Assembly: GCA_963718235.1 (NCBI GenBank)
Contig: CAVQYR010000002.1
Span: 608,001-672,000 of the forward strand
Length of the DNA: 64,000 bases
Reading direction: 5' to 3'
Source: an uncultured Actinomycetota bacterium
GTDB lineage: Bacteria; Actinomycetota; Actinomycetes; JAHEKZ01
A program made the position numbers and the translations under genes. Positions 10,295 through 20,101 of this stretch are shown here, one piece after another. Numbering within the stretch: position 1 is the stretch's first letter; each line of letters begins with the position of its first letter. The notes below the pieces were generated by a model that searched no databases, was not told the origin of the DNA, and saw only the letters and a list, made by a program, of their open reading frames with translations.

Positions 10295-11254
10295 TCATTC
10301 GTCCGTTTTGCGGCTTTCGGTCATCGGGAGACCCAGGTGCTCGTCCTTGTAGGCGCGGGCGTCCTCCAGCGGCTCCAGGTGCGTGTGCACCTCGGCGTCC
10401 GGGAGTGCCGTGCACACGGCGGACTCGAGGTCCTCGAGCAGGTCGTGACCCTGCTGCACCGACCAGGCCCCGGGGACCAGCACGTGGACCGAGACGAACC
10501 GATGGTGGCCCGACTCCCGGGTCTGCAGGGCGTGGAACTGCACGTCGTCACGGCGGAACCGGTCCAGCACCCCCAGGATGAGGGCGTGGTCCTCGGCGGG
10601 CAGCGCATGGTCCATCAGGCCGGCGGTGGACCTGAGCACGAGCCGGGTGCCCATCACCAGGATGTTGAGCGCCACGACGATGGCGACGACCGGGTCGAGC
10701 CGCTCCCAGCCGGTGACGGCCACGAGGCCGACGGCGACGATCACGCCCACCGACGTCCATACGTCGGTGAGGAGGTGGTGGCCGTCGGCCTCCAGGGTGA
10801 TCGACCGGTGCTGGCGCCCCACGCGCAGCAGCAGCACCCCGACCACGCCGTTGATCACCGTGGCCACGGCCGAGATCGCCAGTCCCAGCCCGACCGACTC
10901 CAGAGGCTTCGGGTTGATCAGCCGCTCGACCGCGCTGGCCATGATCACCGCGGCGGCCACGAAGATCATGAGCCCTTCGATCCACGCCGAGAAGTACTCC
11001 GCCTTGCCGTGTCCGAAGTGGTGGTTGTGGTCCGCCGGCATCGCCGCCACCCGCAGCGCCACCAGCGCGACGACGGCGGCCACCAGGTTCACCACCGACT
11101 CCGCTGCGTCGGACAGCAGACCCACCGACCCGGTGACCACGAAGGCCCCCGTCTTCAGGGTGATCGTGGCCAGGGCCGCCGCGATCGACAGCCAGGCGTA
11201 CTTCGTGAGCGACGGCCGTCCTTCGACGACTGGTGAAGGGCTGGCGTCGGTCAC
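10295..11254 (-). CDS. Cation diffusion facilitator family transporter
   Basis: GSVGLLSDAAES, HHFGHGKAEY, ADGHHLLTDVWTS, C-terminal HTHLEP dimerisation domain. Confidence 0.92.
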   Translation of the reverse strand: MTDASPSPVVEGRPSLTKYAWLSIAAALATITLKTGAFVVTGSVGLLSDAAESVVNLVAAVVALVALRVAAMPADHNHHFGHGKAEYFSAWIEGLMIFVAAAVIMASAVERLINPKPLESVGLGLAISAVATVINGVVGVLLLRVGRQHRSITLEADGHHLLTDVWTSVGVIVAVGLVAVTGWERLDPVVAIVVALNILVMGTRLVLRSTAGLMDHALPAEDHALILGVLDRFRRDDVQFHALQTRESGHHRFVSVHVLVPGAWSVQQGHDLLEDLESAVCTALPDAEVHTHLEPLEDARAYKDEHLGLPMTESRKTDE

Positions 11255-11303
11255 GCCCCCAGCCTGCCAGGTGCCGGAGCGCAGGGCGGCTGCGTGCGGC
11301 TCG

Positions 11304-12215
11304 TCACGGCTCGCCGAGACGGGCCCGCGACTGGTCGTAGATGCGCTGGAGCACCGGGTCGGGGGAGTGGCCCAGGCGGCGCTGGGACCGGTAGGCCTCC
11401 GCGGCGGCCGTGCGTGCGTCGAGCGCCTGCTCGACCCGCTCGGAGTGGTCGGGGTGGTCGGTGAGCAGGAACGACGGGACAGCCTCGGCGAAGCGGACCA
11501 CGACCTCTGCCGCCCGGGCGGCCCGGGCCGGCTCGGAGACGTGCGGCTCCCGGTAGGGCCACCAGAGGTGGACGGCGTCACCGGCGAGGGTGAGGGCTGC
11601 CCCCTGCGGGACCCGGTCGAGGACGACCGCCATGACATGGGGGGCCAGGACGTCTGCGGCGAACCTCAGGTCGGCAGCGTGCACCGTGTGCTGGGCATCG
11701 AAGTCGACCGACTCGGTCGCCCAGCCGGTACCCGGATCGTCCAGGCCGCGCTCGGACCGGGGGAGCACGGCCATGGCCGGGAGCCAGGCGCCGCTGAGCC
11801 GGGTCAGTGCGCCGGCCCACCGGGGTCGCGCCCCGGCCACGGCGTCGTCGAGGGCTGAGCTGGCCGTGCCCCACGCGCTCTCGATCGCGGCGCCGAGCAG
11901 GTCGCTGACCGGGTCGCCGCCGAGTCCGAACGACCCGGCGCCCGGTTCGTCGGAGGTCGACAGATCGGGGTCACGGGCGGTCACGGCGAGGACGCCGTAG
12001 GCGGGTCGGGCCATAGGCTGGTCAGCCAGACCGCTCCACTGGAGCAGGCGTCCGGAGCCCTTGCCGTCACCGAGGCGCCAGGGGTGCAGGCGGGGGAGGA
12101 CCGACACGGTCCGGTTCATCGCGCCCAGCAGCCACAGCTCGGTGAGCGGGTCGACGGCGTCCCAGGCGCCGTCCCAGCTGGGAGCCGGCTCAGGCGGGGT
12201 CCGGGCGTGGGTCAC
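11304..12215 (-). CDS. Hypothetical protein (actinobacterial, DUF3137-like segment)
   Basis: 'ESVDFDAQHTVHAADLRFAADVLAPHVM' resembles a recurrent actinobacterial motif; GTGA overlap with the upstream gene. Confidence 0.55.
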   Translation of the reverse strand: MTHARTPPEPAPSWDGAWDAVDPLTELWLLGAMNRTVSVLPRLHPWRLGDGKGSGRLLQWSGLADQPMARPAYGVLAVTARDPDLSTSDEPGAGSFGLGGDPVSDLLGAAIESAWGTASSALDDAVAGARPRWAGALTRLSGAWLPAMAVLPRSERGLDDPGTGWATESVDFDAQHTVHAADLRFAADVLAPHVMAVVLDRVPQGAALTLAGDAVHLWWPYREPHVSEPARAARAAEVVVRFAEAVPSFLLTDHPDHSERVEQALDARTAAAEAYRSQRRLGHSPDPVLQRIYDQSRARLGEP

Positions 12216-12556
12216 CCGGAGGTTGTCGGCAGGTCCGAGGGTGCGGCTGAGCGATGACGGGTGGCTGCGTACGACACGGCCCCGGTCACGGCGGCGACGG
12301 TGACTACCGACGGCCAGGCCCCGATCTGCCGGGCCAGCGGGTGCGAGACCACGAACGCGGCGGCGTAGGTTGCGCCCAGCGCCACAGCGGTGGCCGGTCC
12401 GTGACCAAGCCACCAGCGTCGGATGCACCAGGTGCCGCCCGCGAGCAGGACGACTCCGCCGGCCGCGCGGACCTCGGTGACCGCTGCGACGCCGTAGCCG
12501 ACGACCAGCGAACCTGCGGCCACACTCGCCGTCGTCGCTGCTGAGGGAGTGGACAC
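12212..12556 (-). CDS. Small hypothetical membrane protein
   Basis: About four TM segments; 'FVVSHPLARQIGAWPSV'; starts 4 nt after the mmuM stop. Confidence 0.65.
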   Translation of the reverse strand: MSTPSAATTASVAAGSLVVGYGVAAVTEVRAAGGVVLLAGGTWCIRRWWLGHGPATAVALGATYAAAFVVSHPLARQIGAWPSVVTVAAVTGAVSYAATRHRSAAPSDLPTTSG

Positions 12557-12560
12557 GGGC

Positions 12561-13490
12561 TCAGGCCAGCGCGTGGACGGCGGCAGCGACCCGTTCGATG
12601 TCCTGCGGCCCGACTCGACAGCAGCCGCCGACCAGCCGGGCACCGTCGTCGAGCCACTGGGTGACCGCCTCGGGGTCGAGACCACCGCGGCCGACCCAGC
12701 AGCGCTCCTCGGCGTCCCACTGCTCGCCGGAGTTGGGGTAGACGACCACCGCCTTGCCCGACCCCGTGCGCGCAGGGGCGACGGCGGCACCGGCGTCACC
12801 CGGCGTCGAGCAGTTCACCCCGACCGCGACGAGAGCGGGGACGTCGTGGGCCATCGCCCAGACCTCCTTCAGCGGCTCGCCGCTGCGCAGCCTGGCTCCG
12901 TCGACCGACACCGACAGCCACGCCGCGGCGCCGAGCCGGTCGACCTCTTCCAGCAGCGCCTCGACCTCGGCCAGCTGGGGGATCGTCTCCAGAGCGAGCA
13001 CGTCGGCCCCGGCGTCGAGCAGCACCTCGAGCCGTGGGCGGTGGAACGCGCGCAGCGTCTTCACCGGGACCCGGTAGTCGCCGCTGTACTCCTCGCCACC
13101 GGCGAGCATCGCCCCGTACGGGCCGACCGAGCCGGCGACGAACCGGTCCCGGCTGTCGGCTGTGGCGGCCTCCTGCTGCTCGCGGGCCTGCTGGGCCAGC
13201 GCGACGCTTCGGCGCAGCAGCCGGGTGGTCTCGTCGCCGGTCAGCCCGGCCCGGGCGAACCCTTCGTAGGTGGCCTGGTAGCTGGCCGTCGTGGCGACCT
13301 CGGCCCCCGCCGCGAAGAACGTGCGGTGCGCCTCGACGATCGCCTCCGGGTCGTCGCGCAGCAGGCGCGCGGACCACAGGGCGCTGCTCAGGTCGTGTCC
13401 CTGGGACTCCAGCTGCGTGGCCAACCCGCCATCGAGAACCACCGGCCGTTGGGCCATCACGTCAGCCAGGGTTGCGGTTGGATGGCTCAC
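12561..13490 (-). CDS. mmuM: Homocysteine S-methyltransferase
   Basis: VLDGGLATQLE, LWSARLL, AGSVGPYGA, GVNC, YPNSGE, VGGCCRVGP zinc-ligand motifs. Confidence 0.93.
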   Translation of the reverse strand: MSHPTATLADVMAQRPVVLDGGLATQLESQGHDLSSALWSARLLRDDPEAIVEAHRTFFAAGAEVATTASYQATYEGFARAGLTGDETTRLLRRSVALAQQAREQQEAATADSRDRFVAGSVGPYGAMLAGGEEYSGDYRVPVKTLRAFHRPRLEVLLDAGADVLALETIPQLAEVEALLEEVDRLGAAAWLSVSVDGARLRSGEPLKEVWAMAHDVPALVAVGVNCSTPGDAGAAVAPARTGSGKAVVVYPNSGEQWDAEERCWVGRGGLDPEAVTQWLDDGARLVGGCCRVGPQDIERVAAAVHALA

Positions 13491-13522
13491 GTCGTCGATT
13501 CTTGCACCGACCGGAGGACCCC

Positions 13523-15181
13523 ATGACCGCCCCCGACCTCATCTTCGTCAACGGCCAGGTGTTCGTCGGTGACGGGCGGCCACCTCGGCGGGCCGCGGTT
13601 GCGGTCACCGGGGGTCGGATCAGCGCGGTCGGCAGCGACCAGGAGGTTGGCGACCTCCGCGGGTCGGGGACCACCGTCGTCGACCTCGGTGGCTCACTGC
13701 TCACCCCTGGCTTCCACGACGCGCACATCCATCCGGTCTACGCCGGCGCGCAGATGATCCAGTGCGACCTGCACGGGATCGTCACCCAGGACGAGTCGGT
13801 GGCTGCGGTGGCCGCATTCGCCGCGTCGCACCCGGAGGCGGAGTGGGTGCTGGGCGGGGGCTGGTCGATGGAGGCCTTCCCGGGCGGGCTCCCGACCCGG
13901 CAGATGCTGGACGCCGTCGTCCCCGACCGCCCGGTGTTCCTGCCGAACCGCGACGGCCACGGAGGCTGGGTCAACAGCGAGGCGCTGCGTCGGGCCGGCA
14001 TCACCAAGGACACTGCGGACCCGGCCGACGGGCGGATCGAGCGCGACGCCGACGGTGAGCCGCTCGGCACCCTGCAGGAGGGTGCGATGGCGATGGTCAG
14101 CCACCTCGTCCCGTCGCTGTCGGCCGCTGACTACGACCGGGCCTTCGACGCCGCCCAGGCCTACCTCCTGTCGCTCGGCATCACCGGGTGGCAGGACGCC
14201 ATCGTGGGCGAGGTCAACGGGCGTCCGGACAACCTCGAGGCCTACCTGCGGGCGGACTCCGACGGCCGGCTGAAGGCCCGGGTCGTCGGTGCTCTGTGGT
14301 GGGACCGTGAGCGGGGCGCTGAACAGATCCCGGAGCTGCTCGAGCGGCGGGCGGCGGGGATGGGCCAGCGCTTCCGGGCCACGAGCGTGAAGATCATGCA
14401 GGACGGCGTCGCCGAGAACTTCACCGCCGCGATGATCGAGCCGTACCTCGACACCTGCGGGTGCACGTCGTCCAACGCGGGGATCAGCTTCGTCGAGGCG
14501 AAGGCTCTGAAGTCGTACGTGACCGCGCTGGACGCCGAGGGCTTCCAGGTGCACTTCCACGCCCTGGGGGACCGGGCGGTGCGTGAGGCGCTGGACGCGC
14601 TCGAGGCCGCGAGAGACACCAACGGCCCCAACGACCACCGGCACCACCTGGCCCACATCCAGGTGGTCCACCCCGACGACGTCCCCCGGTTCGCCCGGCT
14701 CGACGCCCTGGCCAACATGCAGCCTCTGTGGGCCGCCCACGAGCCGCAGATGGACGAGCTGACCATCCCGTACCTCGGGGAGCCCCGCTGGCGCCACCAG
14801 TACCCCTTCGGTGACCTCGAGCGGGCCGGGGCCCGACTCGTGGGCGGCAGCGACTGGTCGGTCAGCAGCCCCGACGTGATGTGGGGGTCACACGTCGCGG
14901 TCAACCGGGTCGCACCTCCGGAGGAGGGTGACGAGGGTGGCGAGGTCGACCCGTTCCTGCCGGAGCAGCGGCTGTCGCTGGCGAGCACGTTGACCGCGTA
15001 CACCGCGGGCAGCGCCTTCGCCAACCACCTGGACGACGTCGTCGGCACGATCGAGCCGGGCAAGTGTGCGGACCTCGTCGTGCTCGACGCCGACCCGTTC
15101 GCCGGACCGGCCCTGGACATCCACGCCGCCCGGGTACGCGCGACCTACATCGACGGCGAGCCGGTCTACGTCTCGAGCTGA
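13523..15181 (+). CDS. Amidohydrolase (YtcJ-like, Amidohydro_3)
   Basis: PGFHDAHIH, DGHGGWVNS, KIMQDG, HFHALGDRA, GGSDWSVS, GTIEPGKCADLVVLD; GGAGG RBS. Confidence 0.9.
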   Translation: MTAPDLIFVNGQVFVGDGRPPRRAAVAVTGGRISAVGSDQEVGDLRGSGTTVVDLGGSLLTPGFHDAHIHPVYAGAQMIQCDLHGIVTQDESVAAVAAFAASHPEAEWVLGGGWSMEAFPGGLPTRQMLDAVVPDRPVFLPNRDGHGGWVNSEALRRAGITKDTADPADGRIERDADGEPLGTLQEGAMAMVSHLVPSLSAADYDRAFDAAQAYLLSLGITGWQDAIVGEVNGRPDNLEAYLRADSDGRLKARVVGALWWDRERGAEQIPELLERRAAGMGQRFRATSVKIMQDGVAENFTAAMIEPYLDTCGCTSSNAGISFVEAKALKSYVTALDAEGFQVHFHALGDRAVREALDALEAARDTNGPNDHRHHLAHIQVVHPDDVPRFARLDALANMQPLWAAHEPQMDELTIPYLGEPRWRHQYPFGDLERAGARLVGGSDWSVSSPDVMWGSHVAVNRVAPPEEGDEGGEVDPFLPEQRLSLASTLTAYTAGSAFANHLDDVVGTIEPGKCADLVVLDADPFAGPALDIHAARVRATYIDGEPVYVSS

Positions 15182-15194
15182 CGCCGAGGCCCCA

Positions 15195-16775
15195 CTACGA
15201 CGCGGAGGGTGCTTCCTCCTCCGCCGCGTGCACGGCGACGGCACCGCGGTCGCGGCGGGTCGGTGCGCCGAGCACGAAGAAGAGCGCGCCGAGGGCCACG
15301 AAGACGAGCAGCGGGATCGCCTCGGTGAAGAAGTAGCTCCACTTCTCGCTCGCCAGCCAGTCGTCGGGTCGGAAGTCGTCACCGAACCACGCGACGCCGA
15401 AGCCTGGAGCCACCAGCTGGATCGAGGCGAAGACCACCAGCAGGGTCAGCCAGACCGACAGGAAGGGGGCCCAGGGGGCGCGGAACGAGCGTGGGTGGTC
15501 GGGGAACTTCACCCGCAGCCGCCACAGGGCCGGGAACACCCCGATGTAGGAGATCAGGGTGGTCGACACGGCGATGCCGAGGATCGCGCCGAAGTACTTC
15601 GCGGCGTTTCCGTTGCTGATCTCGTGGACCATGATCAGCACCACCGTCGACAGCACACCGGACAGCACGTTCACCCGCACCGGGGTTCCGAACCGCGGGC
15701 TGAACCGGCCGAGGTAGCGCGGCGCCGCACCGTCGTAGCCCGACACGGCCAGCGCCCGGTCTGAGCCCATGATCCAGGTCGTGCCGGACGAGAGCGCGCA
15801 CAGGATGAACAGGATCGCGGCGAAGTCGCCGAGCACAGCACCGGCACCGGTCAACGTCGCGGTTCCGTCACTGGCGATGTCGCCGCCGTAGATCGTGAAC
15901 ACCGACTTGATGGCGTCGATGAAGCCACCGAGGTTGGTGACCTGGTCGACGGGCAGGACCACCAGGATGCCGAGGACGGGGACGCCGTAGAGCAGGATCG
16001 CCACGATCGCGGACCGAAGGATCGAGTAGGGGACGTCCTTCTGCGAGTCCTTCATCTCGTCGCCGGCGGTGTTCGGCAGCTCGAAGCCGACCAGGCTGAA
16101 CATGATCAGGCCGATCAGCGCGACAAACCCGGCGTAGGAGATCTTGAAGTCGCCCGGGTGCACGCCGTTCACACCGTTCTGGATGGCGAAGATGATCACC
16201 GAGATCGTGAAGAAGCCCAGGAGCAGGAAACGGGCGAAGGCGCCGGAGATGGGGATCCACTTACCGACGGAGAACGACAGGATGGCCGAGAAGGTACCGA
16301 CCCAGATGAACACGAGCCCGAACAGGTAGAAGGCCCAGGTCGGCAGCGTGCCCCCGTCGTTGAAGAAGATCTCGTAGGTGGCGATCGACAGGGTGGCCAG
16401 CGTGCCGCCGAACCAGACCGGGTTGGTGATCCAGTAGAGGAAGTTGTTGACGGCGCCGACGAACCGCCCGAACGCGAGCCGTGCCCACAGGTACGGGCCG
16501 CCTTCTTCGGGGAATGCTGTGCCGAGCTCGGCGAACAACAGGCCGCTGGGGATGAAGAAGACGACACCGAGGATGAGCAGCCAGCTGAAGGCCTCGGCCC
16601 CGGAGGCGGCGATGGCGCCGATCGAGTCGACGCCGACCAGGGTGCAGATCGTGAACAGCAGGATCTCGCGGCGGCCGAAGTGGCGTTGGAGGTGACTGGT
16701 CTCCTCGACGGCATCGCTGGTGAGGTCGAGCTCACGGACCTCGGCGACGGTCGGGATGTGGGGGGCTTCACTCAT
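15195..16775 (-). CDS. APC family amino acid/polyamine permease
   Basis: About 12 TM helices; AELGTAFPEEGGPYLW, GFELPNTAGDEMKD. Confidence 0.9.
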   Translation of the reverse strand: MSEAPHIPTVAEVRELDLTSDAVEETSHLQRHFGRREILLFTICTLVGVDSIGAIAASGAEAFSWLLILGVVFFIPSGLLFAELGTAFPEEGGPYLWARLAFGRFVGAVNNFLYWITNPVWFGGTLATLSIATYEIFFNDGGTLPTWAFYLFGLVFIWVGTFSAILSFSVGKWIPISGAFARFLLLGFFTISVIIFAIQNGVNGVHPGDFKISYAGFVALIGLIMFSLVGFELPNTAGDEMKDSQKDVPYSILRSAIVAILLYGVPVLGILVVLPVDQVTNLGGFIDAIKSVFTIYGGDIASDGTATLTGAGAVLGDFAAILFILCALSSGTTWIMGSDRALAVSGYDGAAPRYLGRFSPRFGTPVRVNVLSGVLSTVVLIMVHEISNGNAAKYFGAILGIAVSTTLISYIGVFPALWRLRVKFPDHPRSFRAPWAPFLSVWLTLLVVFASIQLVAPGFGVAWFGDDFRPDDWLASEKWSYFFTEAIPLLVFVALGALFFVLGAPTRRDRGAVAVHAAEEEAPSAS

Positions 16776-17650
16776 GGTCGTGGACCGTAGCGCAGCCCGG
16801 GCTGTTCGAGCAGCCATTGGGGCGACTCTCTTCCCACGCCCTGCGGCAGTCTCGTCCGAAGGCCGTGGTCGCTGGTGACCACCGCGGTGGCCCCGGTGCT
16901 GACCAGCTCGATCGTGGTCGAGACGACCGTGTCGTCACCGCTGCCCGGGGCCGCGACGACTCGCAGCCACTCCGAACGGGTCGGTGCCGCTGGTCTGGCC
17001 GCTCCTTCGACCACTGCGACGACCTCACAGATCACGATCAGCTCACCAGACCCCGAGCGGGTGACCTGCCCACGTAACCCCGCGAGCTCCGCGAGCGCGG
17101 ACCTGGTCGCGCCCAGCCGGTCGCGCCACCAGCCCTGCTCCACGTAGCGGAACGGCTGCGTCCCGACCACATTCGCCAGGTCGACCACGAGCCGGGTGGG
17201 TGTCGCGGTCACCGACGGCCAGCTGCGCGCGAACCCGGGGTGCAGGTCGAGGACGGAGACGTCCGCGAGCGGGAGCCACCGCAGCTCGGCGCTCTCGTCG
17301 TTCGGCACGGTCGGCAGCGGATGCGTCGTGTGCGCCACCACGGTGTCGTAGCTCCACGTGCGGTGGTCCTCGCGCTGCACCTCGGCGACGACGACCTGAC
17401 CGGTGTCGATCGCGGTCTCCTCATGCGCCTCACGCAGCGCTGCGGTGCAGGCGTCCTCGTGGCTGTCGCGTGCGCCTCCGGGGATGCCCCACGTCCCACC
17501 GTTGTGAGTCCACTCGGCGCGGTGCTGCATCAGAACCTGGGCCTGGCCGTTGTCGTCGACGGTGTAGAGGAGCAGCCCAGCAGCGCCATGCCGGCCCCAG
17601 TGCCGGTGTCCCTCGGCGCACTCGACCCAGCCGTTGCCGTCGCCCCTCAT
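16772..17650 (-). CDS. NUDIX hydrolase fused to a C-terminal NYN/PIN-like domain
   Basis: Nudix box GGARDSHEDACTAALREAHEET; C-terminal VVDLANVVG...VVEG...SGDDTVV...VVTSDHGL. Confidence 0.82.
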   Translation of the reverse strand: MRGDGNGWVECAEGHRHWGRHGAAGLLLYTVDDNGQAQVLMQHRAEWTHNGGTWGIPGGARDSHEDACTAALREAHEETAIDTGQVVVAEVQREDHRTWSYDTVVAHTTHPLPTVPNDESAELRWLPLADVSVLDLHPGFARSWPSVTATPTRLVVDLANVVGTQPFRYVEQGWWRDRLGATRSALAELAGLRGQVTRSGSGELIVICEVVAVVEGAARPAAPTRSEWLRVVAAPGSGDDTVVSTTIELVSTGATAVVTSDHGLRTRLPQGVGRESPQWLLEQPGLRYGPRP

Positions 17651-17729
17651 ACGTCGTGGGTACCACGGAGCGAGCGCGGCCGCAGCCCTCGGGGCAGGCT
17701 CGAGTGCAGCCCGCGGTCGTGGCAGCGGG

Positions 17730-18692
17730 TCAGTGAGCGGTCGTGGGGATCTGGCCCATGCGCCCGGCCTGGAAGTCCTCCAGGGCCGCGATGATCTCGG
17801 CCTTGGTGTTCATGACGAAGGGGCCGTAGTGCTCGATCGGCTCGCGAATGGGGCGACCGCCGAGGAGCAGCACGTCCATGGCGGGGGCCGATGGGTCCTG
17901 GGAGCCGTCGGCCTGGACGGTCAGCGCGTCGCCGGGACCGAACACGGCCATCTGGCCCTCGCCGAGTGGCGCCCCCTCCGCACCGGCGCTGCCCTGGCCG
18001 GCGAGCACGTAGACCAACGCGTTGAAGTCGGGCTCCCAGGGAACCTGCAGCTGGGCGCCAGCCTGGATGGTCGCGTGCGCGTAGGTGATCGGCGTCCAGG
18101 TGACGCCGGGGCCTCGCTGACCAGCCAGGTCGCCGGCGATGAGCCGCACGAGCGCGCCACCGTCGTCGCTGGCCAGGAGGGCGACGTTTCCGCGACCGAT
18201 GTCCTGGTAGCGGGGGGCGGTCATCTTGTCGGTGCTCGGCAGGTTCACCCACAGCTGGATGCCGTGGAACAGCCCGCCCGACATCACGAGGGACTCAGGG
18301 GGGGTCTCGATGTGGAGCAGCCCGCTGCCGGCGGTCATCCACTGCGTGTCGCCGTCGGCGATGTAGCCGCCCCCGCCAGTGGAGTCCTGGTGCTGGAAGG
18401 CCCCGTCGATGATGTAGGTGACGGTCTCGAAGCCACGGTGCGGGTGCCAGGGCGTTCCCTTCGGCTCACCGGGGGCGTACTCGACGGCCCCCATGTGGTC
18501 CAGGAGCAGGAACGGGTCGGTCACGCTCAGCGCGGTGCGCCCGGGGAAGGGGCGGCGGACCGGGAAGCCCTCGCCCTCGAGGGTGGCGATGGCCGTGACC
18601 ACCCCAGCCACGGGACGCTGGGTCGCCACTGCGGCGTCCGGACGTGGGATGCGGGGCAGCACCATCAGGTCGTCGGGTGTCACGGCGGGCAT
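17730..18692 (-). CDS. Pirin family protein
   Basis: DPFLLLDHMG, HPHRGFETVTY, QWMTAGSGLLHIE, YGPFVMNT. Confidence 0.93.
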   Translation of the reverse strand: MPAVTPDDLMVLPRIPRPDAAVATQRPVAGVVTAIATLEGEGFPVRRPFPGRTALSVTDPFLLLDHMGAVEYAPGEPKGTPWHPHRGFETVTYIIDGAFQHQDSTGGGGYIADGDTQWMTAGSGLLHIETPPESLVMSGGLFHGIQLWVNLPSTDKMTAPRYQDIGRGNVALLASDDGGALVRLIAGDLAGQRGPGVTWTPITYAHATIQAGAQLQVPWEPDFNALVYVLAGQGSAGAEGAPLGEGQMAVFGPGDALTVQADGSQDPSAPAMDVLLLGGRPIREPIEHYGPFVMNTKAEIIAALEDFQAGRMGQIPTTAH

Positions 18693-18803
18693 CGGGGTCA
18701 CCTCGGTCGGCGTCGTGGATGTTGAGAAGACAACGAATCCCGGCTGCGGCTGATTCCGGTCGGCCCTGCCGCTGGACGATCGGCTGCCCCTACCGTGGGG
18801 ATC

Positions 18804-20099
18804 ATGGACGCGAACCCACGCGACCGCTACCTGGACCTGTTGCGGGGTGCCAGCATCGTGGCGGTGGTCGTGGGCCACTGGCTCGTGGCCGACCTGTACT
18901 ACGCGGGCGGGCAGCTCGGGCTGCACAGCTCATTGGCCGAGGTGCCCCAGATGTGGCCGTTGACCTGGGTCTTCCAGGTCATCCCGGTGTTCTTCTTCGT
19001 GGCCGGGGCGGTGAACGGGCCGAGCTGGCAGCGAGGACAGGCGCGAGGCTCGGGGTATGCCGCGTTCGTCACCCGGCGGGTGCACCGGGTGCTGGTCCCG
19101 ACCCTCGTCGCGGTGTCGGTGATCGCCGTCGTGTCCGCGCTGCTGCAGTGGTCCGGGGGCGGTGGAGTGGCCGGTGGTGGGGCGATGCTGCTCCAGCCGC
19201 TGTGGTTCCTCGCGGTGTACCTGGCCCTGATCGCCCTGACGCCGTGGACCTGGGCCGCGTACCGACGTCTCGGGAACTGGCTGCTGCTCGTCCTCCTCGT
19301 GGTGGTGGTTCTGGCCGACGTCGGTCGGGTCGGTCTCGGGCACGAGTCCACCGGGTACGTGAACGTCGTGGTCGTGTGGCTGTTCGTCTACGTGCTCGGG
19401 TTCTCCTTCGCCCAGTCCTGGCTGACCCGACGGCGTGCCGCGGCACTGGCCACGGTCGGCGCAGTCGCTCTGGTCGCCCTGGTCACGGTGGGTCCCTACC
19501 CGACCCGGATGGTGGGGATCCCCGGGGACCGCCTGAGCAACATGCACCCGCCGACCCTGGCGATCCTCGCCCTGGCCGGGGCCCAGATCGGTCTGCTGGT
19601 CGTGCTGCGGCCGCTGCTGACCCGGTGGCTGCAGGGGCCTCGGGTGTGGTTCGCGGTGGTGTGGCTCAACCTGTCGATCATGACTCTGTACCTCTGGCAC
19701 CAGTTCGCGATGGTGACCGCAGCGCGCCTCCTGCTGGCCGCCGGCGTGCCCCAGCCTGAGCCCGGCACTGCCACGTGGTGGCTCATGCGGGTGGCGTGGG
19801 TCGTGCTGGCCGGCCTCGTGCTGCTGGCACTCGTCCTGGTGTTCGGGCGGTTCGAGCGACGTCCTGCCCCACCTGCCCCCGAACCGTCGACGGCGGCGAA
19901 CGTCGCTGCAACCGCCGTGGTCGGCCTCCTGTTCGCCGGGCTGCTGGGTCTCGCCGGGACTCGGGTCACCGAGATCGCCGAGGTGCAGCGCCCGCTGGGG
20001 ATCCCCCTCAGCCCGCTCATGGCGCTGGGGCTGATCTGGCTGGCCGCGCTGGTCCTGCGGCTGAGCCGAGGCCTGCCGATTGCGGCGAGGTCGGTCTAG
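18804..20099 (+). CDS. Acyltransferase 3 family membrane protein
   Basis: RDRYLDLLRG...VVVGHW, QVIPVFFFVAG, PLWFLAVY, MTLYLWH. Confidence 0.88.
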   Translation: MDANPRDRYLDLLRGASIVAVVVGHWLVADLYYAGGQLGLHSSLAEVPQMWPLTWVFQVIPVFFFVAGAVNGPSWQRGQARGSGYAAFVTRRVHRVLVPTLVAVSVIAVVSALLQWSGGGGVAGGGAMLLQPLWFLAVYLALIALTPWTWAAYRRLGNWLLLVLLVVVVLADVGRVGLGHESTGYVNVVVVWLFVYVLGFSFAQSWLTRRRAAALATVGAVALVALVTVGPYPTRMVGIPGDRLSNMHPPTLAILALAGAQIGLLVVLRPLLTRWLQGPRVWFAVVWLNLSIMTLYLWHQFAMVTAARLLLAAGVPQPEPGTATWWLMRVAWVVLAGLVLLALVLVFGRFERRPAPPAPEPSTAANVAATAVVGLLFAGLLGLAGTRVTEIAEVQRPLGIPLSPLMALGLIWLAALVLRLSRGLPIAARSV

Positions 20100-20101
20100 G
20101 C

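Noticed and set aside
13034-13522. N-terminal extension of the amidohydrolase ORF
   Set aside because: It overlaps mmuM on the opposite strand; an RBS supports ATG 13523 as the start.
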